Shown: piece by piece, positions 13,801 through 27,167 of the stretch | Layout: each line of letters opens with the position of its first letter | Numbering within the stretch: position 1 is the stretch's first letter | Source: Lytechinus pictus | Taxonomy: Eukaryota | Length of the DNA: 64,000 nucleotides | Assembly: GCF_037042905.1 (NCBI RefSeq) | Contig: NC_087245.1 | Location: forward strand, 33,296,001 to 33,360,000 | Direction of reading: 5' to 3' | Notes under the pieces: model-generated | What the model saw: the letters and a program-made list of their open reading frames with translations, nothing else | What the model was told of the DNA's origin: nothing | Database searches by the model: none | Program-made: the position numbers and the translations under genes

Positions 13801-16270
13801 GCAAGAATAATGAATCTGAAACCCATCCAACTATCTCAAGCACATTTTTCTTGAATGACTGCCTTATTATTTGAAATCTCTGTCGTATGTTTGCAAAGGT
13901 GGAGTGAAAACAATCAGTGAGTCACCCTATGGACCAACTGGAAAGTCCATGCTAGCATATAAAGAAGACTTCAGAATACCACAGCCTTTACTGCTTTTTG
14001 TCTACTCCAAAGCATTGGAAATGTCTGTCAGGTTTTTATACTGCACCATACAGGATGAAAAAAATCAGTTTCAAAATGTATACTTGAGGTTTCTATTAAA
14101 CAGAGGATGATTTGAATCTTTGTGGGTTTGGTTGTTCAATTGTTAAAGTTAGATGTAAATAAAATCCAAGGGATAACAATTTCATCTGCATCAAATGGCA
14201 AGTGCAACATAGCGACCACAATAATTGAGCCAAAGCACATTGGTGATCCAGGGTAGAGGTTTGGTTGTAACCGCAACACAGTTAACAAGCATGGAACATT
14301 AATCTTGTCATTTATACCACAGCAGGGGTGTGGAAACCACGCTATCATCACATTACATGAATCCAATAGAACGTTAGTGGCTTGTTTACACAAGGAAAAC
14401 CGATGAACATTAATGGGAACACATGATCATCTCAACATCCAATGTGATACACTTTAAATCATTAAACAAAATCACATCCATAATCCAAATATATATATAT
14501 GTGATCAGTGGCATCCAGAGACTGCTTTTTCACTTGACCAATTTTCTGTATAGAAAGTATTTTGATCAAATAGACAAGAATTAATCTAGAGGTGATGTCT
14601 AGCATGTGGTATGAATTTTACATTTCCAGCAACATCCATAAACGTTTCTGAATTGAACTTGAACTTGGGAGACACATCTAAAGGAAACAATTAAGTTCCA
14701 GTCATTGAACTTGAAACATCAGTAAAATCTATAAGCTCTGATGATGCATCAGTGTTTTGAAGATGCAAGCATTCCTTACATAGAGACGCAACAACTCCCA
14801 ACGCCTTCCAAATGAGAAGAGTTCCGGTGCTGAAATACGTGAAGTTTATCCTAGCAAAACAGATGCTAATTCCATATGACACTGACGTTTGCTTCTCGTC
14901 ATGATCTGCTTCACTGGGTACTTAATGACCTAAACACTCATATTTTTTTTATTAAAAAAAATAAAGATGACATCGGGGGGCACGAAGAACAAATTTAGTT
15001 CTTGTAAGAGCTCTACGTGACAGTCCCCACACCCCTGCAAGTGATCTCAGAGTTTGACGAAGAAAACAAGGTCCTAGTGTGATTGTTGCTAATATTAGAC
15101 AATCATTACGCTTACGTGGTAGGCACAAAATAAATAACTATTAGGCTCGGCACACCATCCTGGTCTGACGGACCAACGGACGCCACGAAGTCGGCAAACT
15201 TGTTGGGAGATGCCTTGGCAGTCACGCCCGAAAGCTCCAAAGTCCAAGATGATAAAGATGACAGGATGATGGCGGGATCAATTAGCTCTACATGCTGGGT
15301 CTAGGATGGGTTACCATAGCAACCAGATGTCAGCTGTTGTACCATCTCAGCATCACCATACCAGCATCACCCTACAACTGCTCCTACCAGAATCAAGAAC
15401 CACATCTCCCAATCTCTCTTTTAGGGGCATTGCAAACCATTCCAAACTCACCTATCCTAAAATATTTTTGTCCTCTAAATTTCCTCCCAAGCAACTAACC
15501 AGGGTGTGCAGATGGAGTTATTTTAGTCCAGTGGTGTACACTTTAGCTCAGCTTTGCATGACGTCAAAGAGTTTTATACATCATCAGGCAGCAAGCGATG
15601 TTCCACCAGCTTATTGGCTGATTTGGCGTTCAAGACCAAGTTTATCATAAGAGCGCAACAAATGAGTTGATAATTCTCAAGAGATGGAAATATTTCTTAC
15701 AGCGGAAAAGGCTGAGGCAGCTTGTTGGCTTTATGACAATGAACTCTTTATGTGATAAGGAAATGAACACAAATTTTCAATTAATTTCAAGACTTATGAT
15801 TGATATTTCTATATGTTACTCACACAATGATTTCAAATATTTTGCAATGCTCTCTTGTGCCCTAGTCAGAATACCAACATAACTTACTCAAAACTGGACA
15901 ATGGCATGTCATAACAAAATAGTATAATATATTTTATCAGAGTGGAATTGTATTCTTTGGTGTTACTGTGACGTGAGACTAAAATGCAAATACATTGGTT
16001 GGAAATATTCTATAGATTGTTTAAAAAATCTACTTTAAAAGATCTTGTATTTTCTGTTTTAGGAAGTCTACTGTGAGGTATGCCATTACAGAAACAGAAT
16101 TGTTTAAAACTGCATATTTCTTTGATCACCTCCCAGTTGCTCTGTCACTACAATTCAAGAAATATAAAGGAATGAACAAGAATATAAAAAATCAATTCTT
16201 TCCCAATAAGACATCTCCTGATTCCCCAAAAGTGACAATACATTGAATTAAAACACACTGGTCATCTGTG

Positions 16271-16616
16271 AGCAATTCACAAAGCTGTTCATAAATTATG
16301 CCTAACTTTACAAATGACTTTTCTGAAAGTCATGGTGACCCTTTCTTGCAGAAATTGACATAGACCAAATTTTCATTGGTACTGACTTAGATCCTGACGA
16401 AGGGTCACCAGTTGTACGTAATATTGCTTGCAACTTACAAACAGCTTTATCGGGGGCCATTTCATAAAGCTATGTGTAAGTTAAGAGTGACTTTAAGAAT
16501 GACTGGTAATCATTTCTTACGGTAAATGATATTCATCAATAAATGTTCATTGGTGATTATTTAACGCGTAAGAAAGGTTTACCAGTCGCTCTTAACTTAT
16601 GAACAGCTTTATGAAT
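16271..16616. mobile_element. Two adjacent related small MITEs
   Basis: Two consecutive CAYAAAGCT...ACAGCTTT(T)AT palindromic units (~16271-16458 and ~16452-16616). Confidence 0.55.
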
Positions 16617-17932
16617 CATTCATCTTTAGAATCTGCTTGAAAGACAGTTAATCAGATGGACAACATCATGCATATTAAATCAGTTCATGAAGTTGGATTT
16701 TCTTTAGCTTAAACTTTACAAAATCATTAATTTGTAAAACGTCTAATAATATATTTTCTTATATAGCCAGTACTCACTTGTCTAGTTAACTTATTCTACA
16801 TATTGTAATTTCCATGAATTATCAGTACTTTATGACATTCTGTGGGCATTGGAGGTGGCTCTAGCAGAGTACATTGTCCTTTGATATATTCATTTTTCCC
16901 TTTCATAATAACAGGAATATTAAAAAAAACATTTTCTGACAAAAAATAAGAAAACATATGTGACATTCTCCTGGCAAGAAGCTGACAGAATCCTTTTCAT
17001 TGATTAATTATATTGATTAAAAAAGTAATTTCCTCTCACTACTCACAACCGTAAAATCAAGAGAAAAAATAGTGACCCTTAGCTCTTCACTGGTCAAATG
17101 GTCAAGCTGATTAATCCCAGTGGGATATCAGACAAGAATTCTAGAGGAAAGTGTGTCTCATCTCATCTCAACATCATTTGACTGACTGTGCCTTTAAGCT
17201 AGAAATACAATTACGAAAAAATACCAAACGTGAAATGATTTGCTTGCAGTTCTGCAGCGTTTCAGTTACAAAATGGAAATAAGGTTCGAATTACAAGGCA
17301 TCACAAGTTTTCATACGAAGATCAACATGAAAATACCTTACCTGAAAAACAGAATTATGAAATAAGTGAATGCTTAATAGATTTTGCTATAGGTCTAACA
17401 GCTCTTGAACAGCAAAAGTGGTTCATTTCACAATTAAGACAAAGCTGAAATAATTTCCTATTTTTTCTGATCCAGTACAAACTTTCAACTTCTCATTCCA
17501 GACATGTCTCTAGTACTATTTCTCTCATCGGTTACTCATCTCTACAAATGATTACTAATTATTCTATCTTTAATATATAGATAAAGTCAGTTCTGTTTAC
17601 CGGAAGTTGCAAGAAACTCTATTCAATTTTACTTCTGTTTCTTTGTTTACTTCCCAGAGAGTTTGATTCAATGATCTCTTTCTTTGCATCACTCCACTTT
17701 CCCACTTTGATTGAATGATTTGACTCTTTTCCAACCGCTTCCAAATTTCTTCTTTTCCTATCCCTTCATCTCCCATCTTCTGTCATGTTATTGTTCCACT
17801 TTTTCAAATCTTCCCTTCCCCCTTTCTGTCCTCGCTTTCCCCCTCCTTTTCTCTCCAATTCCTCCCTACCTCTCTTTCTCTATTGGTGTCCACTTCATGT
17901 ATAAATACCACAATCACTTTGATACCAAACCA

Positions 17933-18162
17933 GGCATGGTGGTTCAGTGGTAGAGTGTCTGTCCCATGAACGGGAGGTCGTGGGTTCGATCCCTGGCTGA
18001 GTCATACCAGACTTAAAAAATGGAACCTTCTACCTTCTCTCTCAGGCGTTCAATGTATGAGAATAGAGAAAGGTAATATTATGCAAAGCCTGCTGGAAGA
18101 ACAGCTTACAGCTGAGAGTGGCTGCCCCGGGTAAATAAGAATTATTATTATTATTACTATTA
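17933..18162 (+). mobile_element. tRNA-derived SINE, apparently full length
   Basis: TGGTTCAGTGGTAGAG A-box, GGTTCGATCCC B-box, non-tRNA body and (ATT)n tail. Confidence 0.82.
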
Positions 18163-19573
18163 CCCCTATATGACTTTGTAGATTTGGATTGGAAGTGGAC
18201 TGGATGTGGACTAGATGCAGATCATTTCTATTCATGAAAGGTTGAGGACCTGAATAATCAGGATTATAAGAGTGTTGCTAATATAGGATAACTCATTCAC
18301 ACACTTGATCTTTTTGCTCGCTCACAGCTTTGTAGAAATATTGCCCCATATGCCATTTCTGGCCCCTCCAAATTTTTAGTTCCATTACATTACATTACAT
18401 TACATTACTGTGCATTGTACTACTTTACAGTGTGCATATGATCCAATCGAATGATAATTCCACATGCTTTAACACTAGCTGTTACAATGATAATAAACCA
18501 GTTCCTGGCTGGTCTTGTTGAATGCAGACCATTTCTGAATTCACGAACACAATTTTTCTTACCAGGTTCACATCATTTTGATGATCTAGACTATTTGAAC
18601 TTGAATGAATGAAAGGGGTATTGACACCCCTCCTAAACATATTTAATATCATTAACTTTGCACTCAACACCTAACTATCCACTTTTAAACCCACAAGCCA
18701 TCCTATACAGCTGTTGACTTGTAAAAATATATTCTCTCAGGGAATAGACGAGATCTTTAAATTTTACACCAATTTGAGCTCAAACTGTAAAAAATTAACT
18801 GTCATATATCTTAAAGAAAGAATTAAATATGCCTTCATAAATGGTATCTGAAAAGTATCAAAGACCTTGAAAGAATGAAGAGAGGAAAAGAGTTGACCTT
18901 TCTTTTTGCTACAGAATATTAAAACAGTTAAAGGAAATATCATAAGCCAAAAACCTTTTACAAAAGTGGGATCTAAGGGGAATACAAGAAAAAGAATATC
19001 TGAAGCACTGATATAAAATTTCAACAGAAATTAGGAGCATCATATTATCAAATCATTAGCATTGATTTTTCTGAGGTTTGTTCATTTCTTAACCCCCCCC
19101 AAAAGGTATAGCAAAAAAACAGAGGTCCCCCCACCCACCTCCCCTTTCATTCTATCTTCTTCCCCCAGATCCATTTTCATACAAGTAATTGTGAAATCGG
19201 TAGCCAATTACTTGCAACAGACAGGCAAGATAGCATCATTACCAAAGTATTTGAAATACAAGATGAAATTGGTTTAAATGACTACTGTGGGGTCACAATT
19301 AAGGTCAAAGGTCATAGGTTATATGAAAGTATGAAATGAGATCGTTAGATATGTGGAATATGAATGTCAAGACCGCATGGTCTCTGGTGGAAAGAAGAGA
19401 AAAACAAGTCAGACGGGATAATGGCATCATTCATACACTGAAGAGAAACACCTGTAGTAACTAGTATTTCACCTTTGGAAAATTTCCAATCCCTTCTGCT
19501 GTATGAGTGTATTTAGTCCGACTCAAAGTTTGAGAATACCAGGCATTTTCTGATAGAGAAAGCAACACTGATC

Positions 19574-20179
19574 CAGCGCGCGACACTGGAACCGGTCCGA
19601 CGGTCCTAAACCAGTAAAAATTGCTGTTAGTCCAGTAACTTTTCAGAAATAGCCAGATTTATACCATGGTCACATTTGTTCTACGGCGGCCGTACGGCGA
19701 GTCGAATACAGCCGTTTTATTAATTTTGATTCAAACCACCTATATGTAGTTTGACAAAAAATGTTAAAACGGCTGTTTTCGACTCGCCGTACGGCCGCCG
19801 TAGAACAAATGTGACCATGGTATTACTGGTCCGATATGACCAGTAAGAAATATATCAAACTGATACAAATGATATTTGTATCTCTTTTGTAAATCATATA
19901 AATGGCTCTGGCATCTTAAAAAATGGCTCTCACAAATTATGTTTTGTGTGTGTTTGTGTACTGATTGTTCTTATGATTTTTTTTTTTGGGGGGGGGGCAC
20001 TAAAAGCAATAAAAGAAAGCAAAATCTCAATTCTTTTTTTTTATGTTTTTTTTTTTTTTTTTTGGGGGGGGGACCATTAAATTAAGGTTCTAACCAGTAA
20101 AAAAATTGAAAAACTGGGTATCTTCTGGTCCGACATGGACAGGTTGGACCAGTAGAAAAAAAGTTAGTGTGGAGCCCTG
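19574..20179. mobile_element. CAG..CTG-ended MITE (P- or hAT-like) with 7-bp TSD
   Basis: CAGCGCGCGACACT / AGTGTGGAGCCCTG imperfect TIRs; ACTGATC on both sides; internal GGACCAGT/ACTGGTCC repeats. Confidence 0.7.
19662..19822. mobile_element. Hairpin MITE (PIF/Harbinger-like) with TTA TSD
   Basis: Near-perfect arms TACCATGGTCACATTTGTTCTACGGCGGCCGTACGGCGAGTCGAA and reverse complement; TTA at 19659-61 and 19823-25. Confidence 0.9.
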
Positions 20180-20713
20180 ACTGATCTGAGACCCTGATCA
20201 GATAATACCAGGTATTTTTGCCAATATGAAAGCAAAATAATTAGTAATATTCCTGAAGAAAATATCTATAAATACTAGGTACTTTTCAAAATTGTGAGAA
20301 AGTTCCTAGGGAGTTTAATAAGGTTGCAGACATTTTCGCAGTGCGAAAGCAACCGCGAAAGCAAGAAAATGAGTATTGATCAAATTTATTCTCTGATATT
20401 TTTTTTCATCAAATAATACCATAATGGGAGCTATCTTGAAAAAAATAAGTGTTTTTATTTTTTTGTTACAGCTGCAACTAATTTCACTCTTATACTACAT
20501 GTATGTGCATATCAAATCGCTTTATTTTGACTTGAATGACACTTTTTTAATTCAATGATTTAATAAAGAATAAAGTTTTAATTAAATTTTATTCAAAGTT
20601 TTTAAAATATGGAATTGAATTAAACTGAACTTGAACTGATTAAGTTACTGATCATTATTTTTGGTCATGTTACTCTTGATTATTTTAGTGCATTGTTTTT
20701 TGCTATGTTACTG

Positions 20714-21115
20714 TTAAAGCTAAATGAACGTAGTTGCAGTAAAACACTGATTTCGTGAGAAAGTCTGTAAAACCAAGGTAAAGTATTGATATATCATCGT
20801 GGATCTAGATCTGGTACAATTACATAAACTGAACTTTGTGAAATCATAATATCTAGCTAAAAAACGATCGTACTGAAGATCGCCAACACAGATAGGCACA
20901 CGTGGGACAGTGTATTATTATTGCTGGAATAAAGACCCGACGAAAGTCACCGAATCCGCGCTTATTTTGCTTATTTCTCAGAAATTACACAATTTCTTCC
21001 AGAATCCTTTGGCACATATTTTTTATTCATACAAACAGACACTTTGGTGATCATTATATTAAATTCTGTAAAAGTTCATTTTGAGATCGTTCCCAAAACT
21101 GGAATTTACCTTTAA
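20714..21115. mobile_element. TTAA-flanked MITE family C, copy 1
   Basis: TTAAAGCTAAAT...ATTTACCTTTAA; collinear with 39882-40278. Confidence 0.82.
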
Positions 21116-21139
21116 TCACTCCTGGTTGTACACTGTACA

Positions 21140-21340
21140 TTACTTTGGGCTATGTTACTGTTCAATATTTTTGGCTATGTTACTGTTGATTATTTTTAGG
21201 TTATGTTACTGTTCAATATTTTTGGCTATGTTACTGTTCAATTTTTTTTGGCTATGTTACGTTGATTATTTTTGGGTTATGTTACTGTTCAATATTTTTG
21301 GCTATGTTACGTTGATTATTTTTGGGTTATGTTACTGTTC
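21140..21340. repeat. Minisatellite, ~25-bp unit (TTACTGTTCAATATTTTTGGCTATG-like); further units at ~20640-20713
   Basis: Visible tandem units. Confidence 0.8.
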
Positions 21341-21648
21341 ATTATCTTTAACCGGCTCTCAGCTGGAAGCCATCTGGATACATCATCATTACCACCACAA
21401 CAACCACCACTACTATCACCAAACTAAACTCCTCCGCAGGGTTTTGGTTGAGATCTCCCTCACAATTAGGGACTTGACATTCACACTTGAGTGAAACGAA
21501 GCCAGGGAGTAGTGGTCGCCGACCATGACGAAACAAACATTTAACCCATTCACCCTTGCCTAACGGTGGTGTATGTTCCTGCAGTATATTATCAGTTGGT
21601 AGAAACAAGAACCCCTTGGTGGAACCATAAAGTACATTCAAACTCACT

Positions 21649-21960
21649 GGCCCGTATTCTGAAGTCAGGTTTAACTTAAACTCAGGTTTAAAGTTGTGGT
21701 TTTAAGTATGGATAGCCAATTGTTACATAAATCACTAACAGTAGAGATATCATATTTCAGCTCATTCGGCTCTCAAATCATTCATAATTGTCTAGGAAGT
21801 ATAAATACATGACTGTCTTCACCATTGAAGAATCAGGAAAGAGCACACTAAATATTAGAAACATACAACTTAACAAAATTTTGACACTTTTGGCTTCCCA
21901 TAATTCTAGCACAGAGTTAGACCATGGTCTAAATTTAAACCTGAATTCAGAATACGGGCC
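21649..21960. mobile_element. MITE family E, copy 1
   Basis: GGCCCGTATTCTGAAGTCAGGTTTAA / TTAAACCTGAATTCAGAATACGGGCC TIRs. Confidence 0.88.
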
Positions 21961-24139
21961 AATACTTCTATTATCTAATATTACTAAACAACAATTTATA
22001 CATGAACTCCACAGAATTTTCTTGAAAATTCTTTGTGTTTTGAAAACCTTTATGTGCCATCAGACGCAATTCCACGGGGGGGGGGGGGGGGGGGTGCACT
22101 TGTAAAATTTGAAAATTTACATCAACAGCACGTAAAATGTATTTATTGCACATCCCATGAAATCAGTGATGAGTGATGACCTTTTTAAAAAAAAAATTTA
22201 GGCATCTTTGCACCCCGTTAAAGTTCGACTCTGGACCAATGCCTGGTCATTGATATTTTGAATATGCATAAAGTGAATGCATGTTACACTGTGCACTATA
22301 TACAATGAAAGAAATATACTTAAAATTTCTCTTTCTTGCAGATGTGCGGATGTGGATTACAGACTTTACAATTAGTCCATCCTCATTACCAATGCTAATA
22401 TTTTTTTTCAACAGGATGCACTTTTTGTTCATTATACCCACTAGGCACTATCAGTCAAAAAAAGAAGAAAGAATTATTAATTGAAATTAGCAATATACGG
22501 TATAGCATATATTGGTGTTATGTAAGCAATTTATCCTCTCATTTGTTAATAAAGGGAAATGCATAAAAGTATCTTACATGTATATAAAGAGGAAAGCACA
22601 TTTGATAGAACAATTCATGTATCCTGTATCTTTTAGCAAAAACAAAGCATGTAATTCTAGAGACTGCATGTTCCAAGGAGTTAAGTACTGGCAACTCCTT
22701 GCTTATTCTAATACCAATGTGTTGTAAATCATAATGAATGTGCAAGGGTAGTAAAACATCACCATGAAATGAGTTTTAGAGGGACATTTATTACAGCAAT
22801 AGAGTAACAAATCTCTATAAATGTCACTGGTAACATTATGTCTTGACTGTCTGAAGTTATGGGGAATGAAATGCACTACAAGGTTTCCATAAACCTTGAA
22901 AATCAATGATATATTTACAGGGTTTAGGGTAATACCAGTAATGAAAATAATATTTACTCTTTGTTTATACATGATTTTCAGGTATTATTTAATGTTTCCA
23001 TATCATAGTAACATTTAAGATCTGGGGATTTCTATACTACCTTTCAAACAAAGCTGAATTATATGGATGTAAAACTAAACACATTCAATAGTATAAAAGG
23101 GCAAATCAACAGTCTAATTGTTTTGGGCAATGTCAATTAAAAATTTCTGAAAAAAAATATCTTGAATCAAATTTCATCTTTTCACTCATATCCTCGAAAT
23201 GAAGATCAATTCTCCTTGTGAGAAGTTGTAACATATGTCTGCACCTAGTGCCGAAAATATGTCAGCAGCAATAATCTCAAACAACGCCTCTGGGTAAAAT
23301 GGGATGGGAATTTATGAAGCCAAGCATAGTTGAATATGTCATAACAGCTTCATCTCAATATCAATTTATTGCTCATATTGTACAGAAACGGGGGGGGGGG
23401 GGGGATTTGATCACAGACTGTTCCCTAAATTGGCAATAACATTTTTTTCTCAAACTGTTTTTTATGTTGTTGATAAATTAAATTATGTATGCATATTTTA
23501 CAGACAAAAATTGTAAACAAAAGAGAAACATGACATTTTGATATAAAATAACTCTATTTTTCACCAATTTGAAGTAATATTCCTTTACTTAATTTCTAGT
23601 GTCAGACATGAACTTAATTAATGCAGTGTAAGCAGAGGTCCTCATGCAAAATGGCATACTGCTTTGTACTTTAAATAAAGCCCCATTTGGAGAAAGGATT
23701 AAAAATTATAATCATTTTCAAAAGGTTTACATCTTGTTTGCAGTGGACACTTTTAAATGTTCAGAGCAACGTTAACAAGTACTGAGAAACATAAATGCCC
23801 TTGCACTGATTAATATAACAAGGATATACATAATTGAGGAACTTGAGGAATAATGGAATTATCACTTGAAGGTCTCTTTAGATTGAGACAGAATTTAAAG
23901 ATCAAGTTGAAGTTCTGCAATGTGCATAAGTGCTTTGAAACAAATGCTATCATCATTAGATATTAAACTAGTATTATGGTAAGTATCAAAATCAAAATTA
24001 TAATTTAAGTATATTCATACTGGCATTTAAGGAGGTGAATATGAGTGAATATCGTGAATATCATTTTAAACTATGTAGACCCAAAATATTATCAAGGACT
24101 AATCAATTGTATTATTCTCATCTGCCATCCTATTTCTTC

Positions 24140-24470
24140 ATCCATATCATCTTCATCATGATTATCTCATCACCATTACTGTCAGCATCATCAATGCCAT
24201 TATTTTGCTATCATCATCATCACCATCATCATCAAAATCATCCTCATCATCATCATAATCAATATCTTCTTCATGATTATCTCATCACCATTGCCCCCGT
24301 CAGCATCATCAATGCCATTATTATCTCTATCATCATCATCACCATCATCATTAAAATCATCCTCATCATCATCATCATAATCAATATCATCCTTATCACC
24401 ATCGTCATCATCATGATCAGCATTATTACCATCATCGTCATCATCATTATCATCATCACAATCATGATAC
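24140..24470. repeat. Degenerate (CAT)n microsatellite with internal duplication
   Basis: Directly visible. Confidence 0.92.
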
Positions 24471-24947
24471 ATTTTAATCCTATCCTGTAAGAATCCTTTA
24501 TTTAAAGTTAGGACACTATCCTTTTCAGATTCAAATACATAATTCAAATGATGGCACCAATTCCCTGCACTGACATTACCAGCCGAATTTAAATGCAGAA
24601 TTAAGTACCTAAAATAAAACTGCAAACTTCAAGCCTCAAGATTAAAAGTTCTTTCCTCCCCTTCCTGTCTACCACAACTGCATCAATCATGCTTCGCCAT
24701 GGCAACACAAATGAAAAATCATGCCATAATCAGGAGGATAATTGGTGCTCTGGAGAATAGGAGCTGATTTGGGAACATGTTAGAATCATTTTCTGCTAAT
24801 GACTATAAAATATGTGCTCTGATTGCAAAAATAGGGGTAACAAAGTTCCAGGGGGGTATTTCACAAAGAACCAAGTCTGTCTAAAATCATGCTTAAATTC
24901 CCAGTTAATAAGAATGTGGAGGATCATGCATCACCTGTATTGGACTT

Positions 24948-25085
24948 GGGACCATTTCATAAAACTTGTTATAATAACAAATTTGCAATAACAGTTAAGA
25001 GCTACTGAAATCCTTCAATCTAATTGATAATAAATTTGTTATAGAAATTGTGCATTTGGAAAGAAGTCTTTATGAAACTAGACCC
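24948..25085. mobile_element. Small MITE, intact relative of the split MITE; nested in another MITE at ~24851-25215
   Basis: GGGACCATTTCATAAAACTT...TTTATGAAACTAGACCC termini; outer element GGGGGGTATTTCACAAAG...TTTGTGAAACACTCCCC. Confidence 0.65.
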
Positions 25086-25639
25086 AGATCATGCTCATGA
25101 AAGGTGGGCTTCTGCGTATTCATCCATCAGATAACGTGTTAAATACCATGGGCGCATTAGCAAGCATGATTTTTTAATCAGACTTACCTTTTTGTGAAAC
25201 ACTCCCCCCCCCCCCTTGATCTGTGTAACAGCTTTGATCATGCATGATGAAAATACTCTGTGAGAGATTTGAAATGTCACGTGAGGGAAAAATACGTTTA
25301 TTTCTTTTATGTCTTTTGATTTATTCGTACTTATCTTTTTTAATGTGGAGGGTAAAAAAAGGTATGTGTTGTAGTTTTATGGAATTCTGTATATTTTTAC
25401 TATGGTAAGTAAAAAAAAATTCTGAAGAAGCAATGAAGAGCATCTTGAAAAATCATCCGAAAGGGGAGGTGGTGGTAAAAATTCAACTGTTACCTGAAGG
25501 GTCAAATTAAAAGAAAATCAAATTATCACTATAGAAATTAAAGATATAAAAGTTTCCATATTAGCAATCATCAATACTGCCTGGATTCCAAATACATTCA
25601 GACTTTGAATAGGACATCCCCCAAACCATGTCTTGTCGC

Positions 25640-25886
25640 CATTGGCGGCGGAAGCCAAAAATTTTAGGGGGGACGCAGGAAACAAAATTGACAAGCAAAA
25701 ATTAAAATTAAAATTAAAAAAAAGGTTAGCAACCAAAAAAATTTCAGAGAGGGAATACCAAAATTTTTTGACAAGCAAAAAAATAAAATAAATAAAGGTC
25801 ATCAACAAAATATTAATTGGGGATCGTCCCCCCCCCCCACCTCAAATTTAGGGGGGGACACGTCCCCCCCGCTTCCGCCGCCTATA
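25640..25886. mobile_element. hAT-like MITE with 8-bp TSD
   Basis: CATTGGCGGCGGAAGC / GCTTCCGCCGCCTATA; TSD CTTGTCGC at 25632-39 and 25887-94. Confidence 0.85.
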
Positions 25887-27167
25887 CTTGTCGCATCACT
25901 AGTGGTAGCAATGCACAAATGCCTTGTATAGAGAAGTCTGTTACATGGTAGAAACAATACAAGAACAAGTGTTGAACAAATTAGATTTACATTCCATTTA
26001 TAAGACTTGATCCCTATGGAAGTCAAGCAGTAAGTCGGCCACACACGCAAGCGTTAAAAAAAATTCATGTTGGGTACCTAACCATGAAATATGGGACTGT
26101 GACGAAACTTGCCGAACACCCGGATAAATATTCGCAGGACGATTGCTGCTAATGAATTAGTTTTCAAGGCAGTCCATATTCTGTAGGGATTGGGGTCTTT
26201 AAACAAATAGGAGCTCTGCTCGATAGATGGAAAGTCAATATGTGAATTCATGAATGACGATATGAACGGAGATATTCAATTTCATGTACATCCATGCAAA
26301 CCAGTGTACTACAAGATTGATATCCAGTTTGCTATTGACCAGAAAGAAGTACGATCTACTTATATAGTGAATTACCCAATATACAATCAAATCAATGGCA
26401 TATGGTTTTGATTATGAAAATAATTCACAAAATTAGAGGGAATTTAATCGAGAGTGAAAGATGGTACAGAATAGTATAATGAATTTTATTTTCATCGGCA
26501 CATGTTATCTTATTGAAAATGTAGGATCATGAAGGCAAATAGGTTTGACTGATAAAATCACAAATTGTTTTAATAAAAATATAAGTCTTCAATGATCTTA
26601 ACTCAAGTCAATATTTAATACATGGAACCTAATAATTGCAATTGTCAATCTATTTCATGCTTAATCATTTTCCATGCATCTTCTGTTGAAAGACACAGAG
26701 AAGACTGTGCTTCCAGGTTATCTATCCAATAACCTAACACATCATGAAAATTAAAAACAGAGAGAATTAGGTCATGAAGTTCTTAAACATGGCAAGAGTT
26801 TCCAATATGGACATAATCATTGATTTTTTTGGCATCCAATATATTTGGAGACCATATTGCTATCATGATGGCCAAACTGTTTGTTGGGATGAGTCAATTT
26901 CTGCCCTAATTTGGCTATGATGAAGATGGAGTCGAAGCTCCTCATAAATAAACATTCAAGGAGAAAGAGGGGTAGAGTCCTGGGGGGAGAGAAGGGGTGA
27001 GAGTGTGATAAGAAAATACAGAGAGCGAGAGGGTAAAGGGGATGAGAAGAGATGGAGAGACAGAAAGGGGAAGAGAGAGGGAGAGGCCGGGATGAGAAGA
27101 GAGGGAGAGAGACAGGGGTGGGGGAGAAGAGGAGAAGTTGGCTACATGGGGTTCGTGGTGGGCCTAT

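Larger units (their letters stand above)
19505..20365. mobile_element. Degenerate family F-related element hosting two nested MITEs
   Basis: Flanks of the 19574-20179 insert align with 31484-31710 (CCAGG.ATT.TCTGAT..GATCAGA.AATACCAGGTATTTT..TGAAAGCAAA). Confidence 0.55.

Noticed and set aside
17933..18005. tRNA gene
   Set aside because: Imperfect stems, followed by a SINE body and (ATT)n tail.
21081..21494. 137-aa hydrophobic repeat ORF
   Set aside because: Translation of the 25-bp minisatellite.
24035..24625. ORFs over (CAT)n, and similar ones at 10080, 47076, 52736 and 55842
   Set aside because: Microsatellite translation artefacts.
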